Assembly: GCA_041906885.1 (NCBI GenBank) | Contig: JAYRII010000001.1 | Location: 773-64,772, forward strand | Source: Candidatus Saccharimonadia bacterium | GTDB taxonomy: Bacteria > Patescibacteriota > Saccharimonadia > CAILAD01 > CAZGYV01 | Reading direction: 5' to 3' | Length of the DNA: 64,000 nucleotides | Shown here: positions 19,779 to 28,357 of the stretch, in pieces | Numbering within the stretch: position 1 is the stretch's first letter | Layout of the letters: each line of letters opens with the position of its first letter | Position numbers and translations under genes: made by a program | Notes under the pieces: model-generated | Seen by the model: the letters and a program-made list of their open reading frames with translations, nothing else | Told to the model about the DNA's origin: nothing | Databases searched by the model: none

Positions 19779-20429
19779 ATGGATTATCACCACCCCGAAC
19801 ATAAAGACAAGGCTTACACTGAGCTACATAGCTCAACTCAGCCGCATAAACCTAGACGGGGCCAAAAAATATTACGAGAGGTGCTGTGGTTTGCGGGCCT
19901 GATCGTAGCAGTCGTAGTCTTGCACAATTATATTTTTCAAGCTTTCTATGTTAGTGGTAGCAGTATGGAGCCTGATTTCCATGACGGAGACTACTTAATC
20001 ATCTCTAAACTACCGGTCACCATGCATAAAGTATTATCAAATAATCAAGATTTATCAATCAAACGCGGCCAGGTTTTAGTCTTCAAATCCCCTCAAAATC
20101 CGAAGGTATTCTTCATTAAGCGAGTCATTGGTTTGCCAGGTGATAGAGTAGTGATTAAAGACGGCACTGTTACAATCTACAACAAAGATAACCCGCAAGG
20201 ATTAGTCTTGCATGAAATCTATATTGACAGCACACAAAGCACCTTAGGCGAGGTAGACGAAGTAGTAGAAGAAGGCAAATTATTTGTCTTGGGTGATAAT
20301 AGAACTCAAAATGGCAGCTATGATTCCCGCGAATGGGGCCAATTGCCTCAAGCCAATGTGACTGGAGTGGCGACCTTAAAGATTTTACCATTCAATCAGC
20401 TTGGCCCGATTTCAGAGCCAGCCTACTAA
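19779..20429 (+). CDS. lepB: Signal peptidase I (copy 2)
   Basis: GSSMEP, IKRVIGLPGD, GDNR..SYDSR. Confidence 0.95.
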   Translation: MDYHHPEHKDKAYTELHSSTQPHKPRRGQKILREVLWFAGLIVAVVVLHNYIFQAFYVSGSSMEPDFHDGDYLIISKLPVTMHKVLSNNQDLSIKRGQVLVFKSPQNPKVFFIKRVIGLPGDRVVIKDGTVTIYNKDNPQGLVLHEIYIDSTQSTLGEVDEVVEEGKLFVLGDNRTQNGSYDSREWGQLPQANVTGVATLKILPFNQLGPISEPAY

Positions 20430-20465
20430 ACGCGTATAAAACTAAACAAGACTATCGAAGCTCAA

Positions 20466-21356
20466 TTATTTACCTAAAATCTGATGGTACAGTCGTCCCA
20501 ATTCTTCTTCTGAATAAAATTCTATAACCATTTTACCACCTTTGGCAGTTTTATGGATGGCTACTTTTGCACCCAAATATTTACCAAGATCACTGCTTAA
20601 TTGTGAGTTATACTGCTCGCGAACTTGCTTCTTCTTGATGGTAAATTCTTTGTCAGCCTTAAACTCACGCGACAACTCCTCTGTCTGACGAACCGACAAT
20701 CTCCCATCGATGATCAACTGCATTAATTTCAATTGTCGATCTCGATCGGTTACCGCCAGGATGGCTCTGGCGTGGCCTTCAGTTAGAATGCCATCATTAA
20801 GAGCTTGCTTGACTTCGGGTTGCAAATTTAGCAAGCGAATCGTGTTTGTGACTGTTGACTTAGCTTTGCCTACCCTTTTACCTATTAGCTCAGTATCCAA
20901 ATTAAACTGATCCGACAGCTTGAGATAAGCAGTGGCTAACTCAAGTGGTTTTAGCTCGGAACGCTGAATATTCTCGACCAAGGCGACCTCCAGCTGCTCT
21001 TGTTCATTATAGCTGCGCAAGATCGCCGGGACTTTTTTTAAACCAATTCTTTTGGCTGCTCGCAAGCGCCGCTCACCGGCAATGAGCTGATAGCCATGGT
21101 TGGACTTTACCACCACGAGAGGCTGGACTATACCGTGCTGCTTGATCGAAGCTGCCAGGCTATCGAGATCATCATCAACAAAATCCGAGCGTGGCTGGTG
21201 CGGATTAGCGACTATCTCATCAACTGAAAGATCATGTACGAGTGATGGATCAATTTTAAGTTCATTTGGCATTGATCTACTGGCAAACTCATCTACGTCA
21301 GTCGGAATCAAAGATTCCAACCCACGACCCAGTCGGTTTTTACTATTGGTTGACAC
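20466..21356 (-). CDS. parB: Chromosome partitioning protein ParB
   Basis: [30 protein letters not shown]. Confidence 0.96.
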   Translation of the reverse strand: MSTNSKNRLGRGLESLIPTDVDEFASRSMPNELKIDPSLVHDLSVDEIVANPHQPRSDFVDDDLDSLAASIKQHGIVQPLVVVKSNHGYQLIAGERRLRAAKRIGLKKVPAILRSYNEQEQLEVALVENIQRSELKPLELATAYLKLSDQFNLDTELIGKRVGKAKSTVTNTIRLLNLQPEVKQALNDGILTEGHARAILAVTDRDRQLKLMQLIIDGRLSVRQTEELSREFKADKEFTIKKKQVREQYNSQLSSDLGKYLGAKVAIHKTAKGGKMVIEFYSEEELGRLYHQILGK

Positions 21357-22152
21357 GTTTTAAGACCTCCCTGGCTAGCTTTTTATAGCTGACTGCGCCC
21401 TTACTAAACCTATCGTAGTGACTAATCGGCTTCCCATGACTTGGAGCCTCTGCCAATCTAACATTACGAGGTATCGTAACACTAAATAATTTATCTGGAA
21501 AGTGCCGCTTCAATTCCTGGTGGACTTGATTGGCTAAACTAGTCCGACTAGTATGCATGGTTATCACAACCCCAAGCAAACGCAGTCTAGGATTTAGCCC
21601 CTGCCGAACTCTACTAACTGTAGCTAGTAGCTGCGTCAGGCCCTCGAGTGCGTAATACTCAGACTGTACAGGTACGAGCAACCAATCGGCCGCAGTCAGG
21701 CCATTGAGAGTCAAAATGCCCAGTGAGGGCGGGCAATCAAGCAAAATAATATCAAAGTCCTGCTTGATTTGATCAAGTGACTGTTTGAGTAAAAATTCTC
21801 GGCTCTTAGCACTCGAGAGCTCGACTTCAGCAGCAGCTAACACTGGACTGGCTGGCAAGATATACAAATTCTGATAGTTCGTTTTGGTGATGATTTTGGA
21901 TGAATCTTGACCATCAACCAAAACATCATAGAGTGACCATTCTAATTTGTTTTTATTCAGACCAATACCGCTAGAGCTATTAGCTTGCGGGTCAATATCA
22001 ACGATCAAAACCCGCAGTCCAGTCTTGGCTAGGTAGGCACCGAGGTTAATCGTAGTGGTAGTCTTACCAACTCCACCCTTCTGATTGGCAATTGCAATAA
22101 TAGACCCCACTCTCTTTTTGTCTGCTCCTGTTTTATTATCTAATTTTAACAT
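21343..22152 (-). CDS. parA: ParA/Soj ATPase (true start may be GTG about 22110)
   Basis: [30 protein letters not shown]. Confidence 0.96.
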   Translation of the reverse strand: MLKLDNKTGADKKRVGSIIAIANQKGGVGKTTTTINLGAYLAKTGLRVLIVDIDPQANSSSGIGLNKNKLEWSLYDVLVDGQDSSKIITKTNYQNLYILPASPVLAAAEVELSSAKSREFLLKQSLDQIKQDFDIILLDCPPSLGILTLNGLTAADWLLVPVQSEYYALEGLTQLLATVSRVRQGLNPRLRLLGVVITMHTSRTSLANQVHQELKRHFPDKLFSVTIPRNVRLAEAPSHGKPISHYDRFSKGAVSYKKLAREVLKRVNQ

Positions 22153-22277
22153 ATTTGCAATTAATTAGGGCTTTATAAGTCCTCAAAATTAGCCATTTAC
22201 AAGTTGTAAAAAGTTTGATATTATTATCCATTGTGCACAAGAAGATTTAATTGTTTTATTAGGAGAGAGCTAAGCAA

Positions 22278-22583
22278 ATGATTGCCGTTATAGAAAGTGG
22301 CTCAAAGCAATATATGGTTGAAAAAGGCCATACTATTGAGGTAGAACTACTCAAAGAAGAAAAGAATATTGAATTCAAACCATTACTAATTATCGATGGT
22401 GATAAGGTTCATATTGGCAAACCAGTCCTAGAATCAGGTATTGTCAAAGCCACTATCGCAGATAAGTCGGTTAGTGGTGAGAAAATCCAAGTTCTCAAAT
22501 ACAAAGCCAAAAAACGCCAATCCACCAAAACCGGCCACCGTCAAAAGTATACGGTAATCAAAATTATCGACATCAAAGCCTAA
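22278..22583 (+). CDS. rplU: 50S ribosomal protein L21
   Basis: AVIESGSKQY, GHRQKYT. Confidence 0.97.
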   Translation: MIAVIESGSKQYMVEKGHTIEVELLKEEKNIEFKPLLIIDGDKVHIGKPVLESGIVKATIADKSVSGEKIQVLKYKAKKRQSTKTGHRQKYTVIKIIDIKA

Positions 22584-22608
22584 GACTACTAAAAGCTCAA
22601 GGCCCAAC

Positions 22609-22637
22609 AAAGCCCATCTTAAAAAGGGGCTTTTTGT
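22609..22637 (+). terminator. Bidirectional terminator rplU/lipase
   Basis: AAAGCCC..GGGCTTTTT. Confidence 0.55.
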
Positions 22638-22663
22638 TATTAAAATTTGTAACTATTTTTATG

Positions 22664-24007
22664 TCAAGAGCAGGTGGATGCTGGCTTTTGACCGCTAAAA
22701 ACCGTTGACAGCCAAGCTAAGGTATCATTGAAGCTGGTTGTCATTGTGTTGTAATGGGTCGCAGTGTAAGTCTTATAGGTAGTGCTTTTATTACCCGCCG
22801 CACAAAGGCGATCCCGAAAAGCAACCGACTGTCGAGGTAGAATAACATTATCATCTATGCCTTGGTTAATCAGCTTAGCGCTTTTAGTTTGATAGTCGCC
22901 GATTTCGTTCTTATCTAGGTCGCTAGCCAAACTAGCAAAGCCCGATTGGCTGAGACTATCATTTTTAAGAGCTTCTAAAAACTTCGGCTGATAAACCAGA
23001 TTTGCCTTTTTGCCCCAATAGTTTATCACCGTATCAATACAATTTTTCGCCACATCATCATCCAAGTTTTTCGACCATTTGTCGAGCAATATAGAATTAT
23101 TCATGTAATCCTGCTTATAGTAGTCACTATAGCTCGAGAGTACAAAAGGCCCATACCAATTAATATTAGCGCCTCGAGTAATATCTGCCCAGGTCTCTTT
23201 AACACTTGATACCGGCCCAAAACCAATCACACCACTAACGTTTAGCTCCTTAGCATATTCGGGAGCTAATTTATCCGCCCAATATGCTGCGTGTCCTCCT
23301 TGAGAATAACCAGCCAAGGCAATCTTATTCGAATCAATAATGTCTTTGGTATTATTGAGATTTTTTAATAACCGTAGGCTGTCAAGCATCGCCCGGCCTT
23401 CAAGCTCTCCAACCATATAATGGTGCATTCGAGTATCATCACGCATACCCTCATAATCAGTCGTCACAACGACATAGCCCTGACTAGCATAGGCCGCTAA
23501 GAGTGAGTCATAGTTCGCCCAATTACTTTTGGCAGGAACCTCCAGTGATGCGGCACAATGATCATCTATTCCTGTCGTACCCGGTGCAAAGGCAAAAACT
23601 GGTAATGTCTTGCCGCGCGGTACGGACGACGGTCGATAAACTCTGGCATAAACAGGAATATTGGTATTATTACCGTCAGAGCTGTTATAGCGCACTAACT
23701 GCTTAGTCATACCTTGCTCAACTGGTAAATTAAATTTCCTATTTGTTTCTATGATAAGCCTTTTGGTTTCATCAGCCGTGTAGGTAACTGGCGTCTGCTC
23801 TTCAATAATCTTGCCTGTCTTAACTTCATCTGTCTGAGCCGGTTTTATGCTAGTAATACTCTTGAACCTGCGTGAGGCATTGGGGTGTAAATAGCGCAGT
23901 AGATAAAACACACCAACAATTACCAAGACCAATATTAGCCCTGTTAATAGCCATCTTTTTATAGCCTTGCGGTGGTAGTCTATAATTAACTGATCGGTAT
24001 GCTTCAC
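22664..24007 (-). CDS. Membrane-anchored secretory lipase (LIP/CalA-like alpha/beta hydrolase)
   Basis: N-terminal TM, 'GTTG...C', 'TDYEG', nucleophile elbow GYSQGG, Asp and His near C-terminus. Confidence 0.8.
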   Translation of the reverse strand: MKHTDQLIIDYHRKAIKRWLLTGLILVLVIVGVFYLLRYLHPNASRRFKSITSIKPAQTDEVKTGKIIEEQTPVTYTADETKRLIIETNRKFNLPVEQGMTKQLVRYNSSDGNNTNIPVYARVYRPSSVPRGKTLPVFAFAPGTTGIDDHCAASLEVPAKSNWANYDSLLAAYASQGYVVVTTDYEGMRDDTRMHHYMVGELEGRAMLDSLRLLKNLNNTKDIIDSNKIALAGYSQGGHAAYWADKLAPEYAKELNVSGVIGFGPVSSVKETWADITRGANINWYGPFVLSSYSDYYKQDYMNNSILLDKWSKNLDDDVAKNCIDTVINYWGKKANLVYQPKFLEALKNDSLSQSGFASLASDLDKNEIGDYQTKSAKLINQGIDDNVILPRQSVAFRDRLCAAGNKSTTYKTYTATHYNTMTTSFNDTLAWLSTVFSGQKPASTCS

Positions 24008-24486
24008 GATAGCTCTCGACTCATCATATACACATCAACATTGTCAATAAAGTTTTTAACCAATCGATCGACTACAAAATTACTTGCTAAGTAAAAATTC
24101 TTTCTATTATGAGTAATTAACTCCACCCGATTAACTGACCGATCATCTAATATTTTGATTGAGGAATCAAGCAACTGCCTACCATAACCTTGACCACGAA
24201 ACTGCGGAGACACATAGAGCCAAAATATATAAGCTCGTTGCTGTGGACTAATTTTGGCGATACTATAGCCAATCAATAACCGATCAAGCCACAAACCAAG
24301 TAGTATCCTATCTTGTTTCATTGTCGCATTCACTAATCTTGCAAGTGAATTTTGACGACGAGCGTGCTCTATGTAGCTAACTGGAAAATAAGAAAAATCT
24401 AACTTTAACGCATCATCAAACAATTTCTTGAGAGGTATTGCTTGCCATAGCTTAATAGCTGCAATGCAGGGCTGGTTAGTCGACAT
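24004..24486 (-). CDS. GNAT acetyltransferase
   Basis: 'LYVSPQFRGQGYG'; start moved to ATG 24486, which overlaps the GGDEF stop. Confidence 0.85.
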   Translation of the reverse strand: MSTNQPCIAAIKLWQAIPLKKLFDDALKLDFSYFPVSYIEHARRQNSLARLVNATMKQDRILLGLWLDRLLIGYSIAKISPQQRAYIFWLYVSPQFRGQGYGRQLLDSSIKILDDRSVNRVELITHNRKNFYLASNFVVDRLVKNFIDNVDVYMMSRELS

Positions 24487-25159
24487 GAATGCCATCCTGT
24501 AAGTTTTGATCTGAATTATGTCGATTTGATCCGTCATCATCGTCTTGCTTATGGCTATGTAAATCCGACTGGTATAGAACCACCTTATTGCGTCCTGTCT
24601 CTTTGGCTTCATAGACCGCCACGTCAGCTTGTGAGATTAAACTTTTTAGGCTCATACCTGCCTTTAATGAGGACACACCGAAGCTGGCGGTAACTTTAAA
24701 TTTACGGCCATCATGCTCGAAATTAAGCATTTCAATTTTTTTGCGAATTCCTTCAGCAATTACAGTAGCAGAATCTTCATTTGCACCAATCAGGCCAATA
24801 ATTATTTCTTCACCACCATAACGACCAACGATATCAACGCCACGCAATTCATCACGCACTAGAGTAGTGACAGTGCGTAAAACTTTATCGCCCATTTGGT
24901 GACCATAACTATCATTGATTGACTTAAAATGATCCAGGTCGACAAATATCAAAGAAAAGCTTTTAATAATCAAAAAGCGCCGTCGGTCAGGATGCTTAAA
25001 TTGAAATAGAACTTCGTTGACCATTGTATCCAAATACTCCATCAGACCGCGACGATTTAAAATCCGCGTCAGCTCATCAGTCCTTAATTGATCTTCGAGC
25101 TCGACAATGCGGTTTTTTAGCTTCTTGATATAGGCATCATTTTTGTGTTCAGCCATCAT
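24476..25159 (-). CDS. Diguanylate cyclase (coiled coil + GGDEF)
   Basis: TDELT.ILNRR, DLDHFKSINDSYGH..GD, RGVD I-site, RYGGEEI. Confidence 0.93.
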   Translation of the reverse strand: MMAEHKNDAYIKKLKNRIVELEDQLRTDELTRILNRRGLMEYLDTMVNEVLFQFKHPDRRRFLIIKSFSLIFVDLDHFKSINDSYGHQMGDKVLRTVTTLVRDELRGVDIVGRYGGEEIIIGLIGANEDSATVIAEGIRKKIEMLNFEHDGRKFKVTASFGVSSLKAGMSLKSLISQADVAVYEAKETGRNKVVLYQSDLHSHKQDDDDGSNRHNSDQNLQDGIHVD

Positions 25160-25160
25160 C

Positions 25161-26120
25161 TTACTTGATTGTTTCCTGCAAGCCCGAGAGATATTTTTCT
25201 GCTTCTAGGGCTGCTTTGCAACCATCGGCAGCTGCTGTGATCGCCTGCCTGTAGCGGGCATCAACCACATCACCAGCCGCAAAAACACCTTCAATATTGG
25301 TCAATACTTGGTTGTGAGGCTCAATATAGCCCTTATCATTGATATTGATTACGCCCTTAAACAGTTCTGTGGCCGGCTTGTGACCAATCGCCACAAATAA
25401 GCCATCAGCCGCAAGTGTTGAAACAGCCTCAGTCTTGAGGTTTTTTAACTTCAACCCGTCAACTCGATCCTGACCCAAAACATCCACCACCTCGCTATCC
25501 CATATAAAGTCAATTAGAGGATCGCCAAATACCCGTTGCTGCATGATCTGGCTGGCTCTTAGCTTGCTACGACGATGAATGACGGTAACTTTTTTGGCAA
25601 ACTTAGCTAATGCTAAAGCTTCCTCCATAGCACTGTCACCACCACCAACTACAACCACGCTCAAATCCTTAAAAAAGAATGCGTCGCATGTAGCACAAGC
25701 TGACACGCCCTTACCCATCAGACGCTTCTCATTCTCTAGGCCCAGCCACTGAGCTTTAGCACCAGTCGCAATAATGACACTTCGGGCCAAATAGTCGCTA
25801 TCTTTCGTGCTTATACTAAATGGCTTTACTTTTAGATCGACCTGTTCAACCATCCTGTCAATAATCTCCACACCAAACCGATTAGCTTGCTTTCTCATCT
25901 CACCCATAAGTTCAGGCCCCATGATACCTTGAGCAAAACCAGGGAAATTCTCCACCTCACTAGTCAGCATCAATTGGCCACCGACTTCTGCCCGCGAGCC
26001 TGATAACATCAAGACTGACAAGCCCGCCCGAGCTGCGTAAATTGCAGCCGTATAACCCGCCGGGCCGCTACCAATGATAACAACATCACGTGTTGACTTT
26101 TTTTCTTTATCCATAGCCAT
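25161..26120 (-). CDS. trxB: Thioredoxin reductase
   Basis: GSGPAG, CATCD, GGGDSA, FAAGD. Confidence 0.97.
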   Translation of the reverse strand: MAMDKEKKSTRDVVIIGSGPAGYTAAIYAARAGLSVLMLSGSRAEVGGQLMLTSEVENFPGFAQGIMGPELMGEMRKQANRFGVEIIDRMVEQVDLKVKPFSISTKDSDYLARSVIIATGAKAQWLGLENEKRLMGKGVSACATCDAFFFKDLSVVVVGGGDSAMEEALALAKFAKKVTVIHRRSKLRASQIMQQRVFGDPLIDFIWDSEVVDVLGQDRVDGLKLKNLKTEAVSTLAADGLFVAIGHKPATELFKGVININDKGYIEPHNQVLTNIEGVFAAGDVVDARYRQAITAAADGCKAALEAEKYLSGLQETIK

Positions 26121-26161
26121 ATTATATCAGTCAGCCAGCGTGCTTGCGAGATATCATTATG

Positions 26162-26791
26162 CTATTTAGCCGGCTGCTTGGTATCACCGGCACAAGTCTC
26201 GTTCGCCCATAAGCCTCGACTATTATCTCTTGCGACAACTTCGGCCTGCTTAAACTGCTCCTGATATTTATAAGGCTGACTTTGATAGGTATATTCGTGA
26301 GCATAGCCGCTTTCTATCATCAATTCGTTATAATTTTGACCATTTTGCATAAAAACGTAGGCCAGAAGACGACCATACTTATCGATTTCACCCTGTGACG
26401 GATCAAGCTCTAATCGCACATTCGAGCCATCAAGCAATTCGTGAGCTTTATTACTCGCCTCACGCCCAAAACACTGCACTGTCTTGCGAGGATCTACCAC
26501 CTCAGGCGTATCCATACCAATCAATCTGACCGTTTGCCGCCTGCCCTCTCGCAAAACCACGATAGTATCTCCATCAACAACCTTTAAAACCTTTAAAAAG
26601 CCCTCCGGAGGCGAGACAGTTTCTCGAGTAACTAAGCTCGATAACTTAAGTGGAGCTTTCAAGGCAACCTTTGGCAAGCTCAGTAATGCCAAGATTAAAA
26701 TACCAACAAATATAATTGCCGTAGCCCGCAGGATACGGCGAGCTTTGCGCTCTTGCTGGCTAGATTCAATTGGACTTTGTTCGGTTTGCAT
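26162..26791 (-). CDS. Membrane-anchored thermonuclease (SNase-like)
   Basis: VVDGDT, VRLIGMDTPE, DKYGRLLAYV, RGLW. Confidence 0.93.
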   Translation of the reverse strand: MQTEQSPIESSQQERKARRILRATAIIFVGILILALLSLPKVALKAPLKLSSLVTRETVSPPEGFLKVLKVVDGDTIVVLREGRRQTVRLIGMDTPEVVDPRKTVQCFGREASNKAHELLDGSNVRLELDPSQGEIDKYGRLLAYVFMQNGQNYNELMIESGYAHEYTYQSQPYKYQEQFKQAEVVARDNSRGLWANETCAGDTKQPAK

Positions 26792-26928
26792 ACGTTATTT
26801 ATCAGTATATCACTAAATCTATAAAACGAAATAATTTTTTATTCAAAGTGCCCAACATAAGTATTTACATTACAACAAACATCCGATACAATAAGACCTT
26901 CGTGCATAGTAACGAAAAGGAAGAAGTA

Positions 26929-27171
26929 ATGGCAATAATTGGATCGATGCTAAGGCTGTTGCAACGGCCATTGGCCGACAAAAAAGCCGTCAGTAATGCC
27001 TTTGAGGCAATGTCGCCGGCTGCCCGTCAAGCAGCCTGGTCAGCTCAAATGACATCGAGTCGACTGGACGACGATTTCACGGTATCATACAGTGAAATCG
27101 TGACCAGACGGACAGCCAAAGTGGCTCGCAGTCGAGCCAACCACCCCACCAGCCAGCCGAAGACACATTAG
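26929..27171 (+). CDS. Hypothetical 80-aa ORFan with its own promoter and terminator
   Basis: TTTACA-17-TACAAT promoter ending 26892, AAGGA SD, hairpin at 27199-27237. Confidence 0.55.
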   Translation: MAIIGSMLRLLQRPLADKKAVSNAFEAMSPAARQAAWSAQMTSSRLDDDFTVSYSEIVTRRTAKVARSRANHPTSQPKTH

Positions 27172-27253
27172 ACACCATAGCTCCTCCACCCGCCCAGAAG
27201 ACCCTATGTTTACTTTTAAAAAGTAAGTATGGGGTCTTTCCAAATGTGGTAAT

Positions 27254-28357
27254 TTAAAGTTCGACTTTGCGCCGCCTGACCACGACACTTTGAATGATAC
27301 CAATACCAATTAGAGAGACTAGCATACTCGATCCTCCGGCTGAGATAAATGGTAACGGAATGCCCGCCACCGGCACCAAACCTAAATTCATGCCAATATT
27401 AATAAATATATGAAATAACAGCATAGCCGTTATACCAATAATCAAAAATCCACCAAAGCGGTCACTACTCTTCTTAACGACTGACACAGAACGTATTAAA
27501 AGTACTGCAAATAGCACAATCACCAAGATACTGCCAACAAAACCCATCTTCTCTGCCAATACCGCAAATATAAAATCCGTATGTTGCGAAGGCAAGAAAT
27601 TGCCCTGACTCTGCGATCCGGCATTCAACCCCTGCCCAAACCAACCGCCACTACCAACGGCTATGATAGCTTGGTTGACGTTATAGCCAGTTGTTGTTGG
27701 GTTGGCAGTTGGATTAAAGAATGTTTCGATTCTTTGTCTTTGATAGCCGTGCAAAAAAGGTAGAGTGAGTGGTATCACAATGACGATTATAGCTGCACCG
27801 ACCGCGAACCAGTATTTTTTTGCTTTTGTACAAACTATCATTGCTAGCCAGATTGCTGCTAAGACTGAGGCTGTCGCAAGATCTGGCTGGAGCAGTAAAA
27901 GGGTCAATGGTGGCACGAGATAAGCCAACGATAGCATCAGATATTTAAAATAACGAGTCTTTTCATAATTATCTGCAAACAGCTTAGCTAGCACGATTAT
28001 TAAAACCAGCTTAGCTAGCTCGGACGGTTGAAACTGAAAAAAACCAATTGTTATCCACCTAGTTGCACCCAATCTCTGAACACCAAAGAACTTGACTATT
28101 ATCAGTAAGCCAAGTGTGATTACATATAAAGGCATAGCGTAGTTACGCAAAACCCGATAATCCATCCGTGAAGCTAAAACTAATAGCACTAGACCGCTTG
28201 CAACATAAAAAATCTGTCGACTAGTATCAATCTGCGAATTCACCTGGCTCGGCTTGATACCAGATGAATAAAGTATCAAAAGCCCAAGTGCGCTTAAAAG
28301 CAAGACGGCTGTTAGGATTATCCAATCATATTTTTTAAACAGTCTTAGTAGGGACAT
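27254..28357 (-). CDS. rodA: Rod shape-determining SEDS protein RodA
   Basis: GATRWI, QPSELAK, QPDL, HTDFIF, GIPLPFISAGGSS. Confidence 0.93.
   Translation of the reverse strand: MSLLRLFKKYDWIILTAVLLLSALGLLILYSSGIKPSQVNSQIDTSRQIFYVASGLVLLVLASRMDYRVLRNYAMPLYVITLGLLIIVKFFGVQRLGATRWITIGFFQFQPSELAKLVLIIVLAKLFADNYEKTRYFKYLMLSLAYLVPPLTLLLLQPDLATASVLAAIWLAMIVCTKAKKYWFAVGAAIIVIVIPLTLPFLHGYQRQRIETFFNPTANPTTTGYNVNQAIIAVGSGGWFGQGLNAGSQSQGNFLPSQHTDFIFAVLAEKMGFVGSILVIVLFAVLLIRSVSVVKKSSDRFGGFLIIGITAMLLFHIFINIGMNLGLVPVAGIPLPFISAGGSSMLVSLIGIGIIQSVVVRRRKVEL

Noticed and set aside
20466-22280. parS site or replication origin near parAB
   Set aside because: No TGTTTCACGTGAAACA-like palindrome or DnaA-box cluster seen by eye
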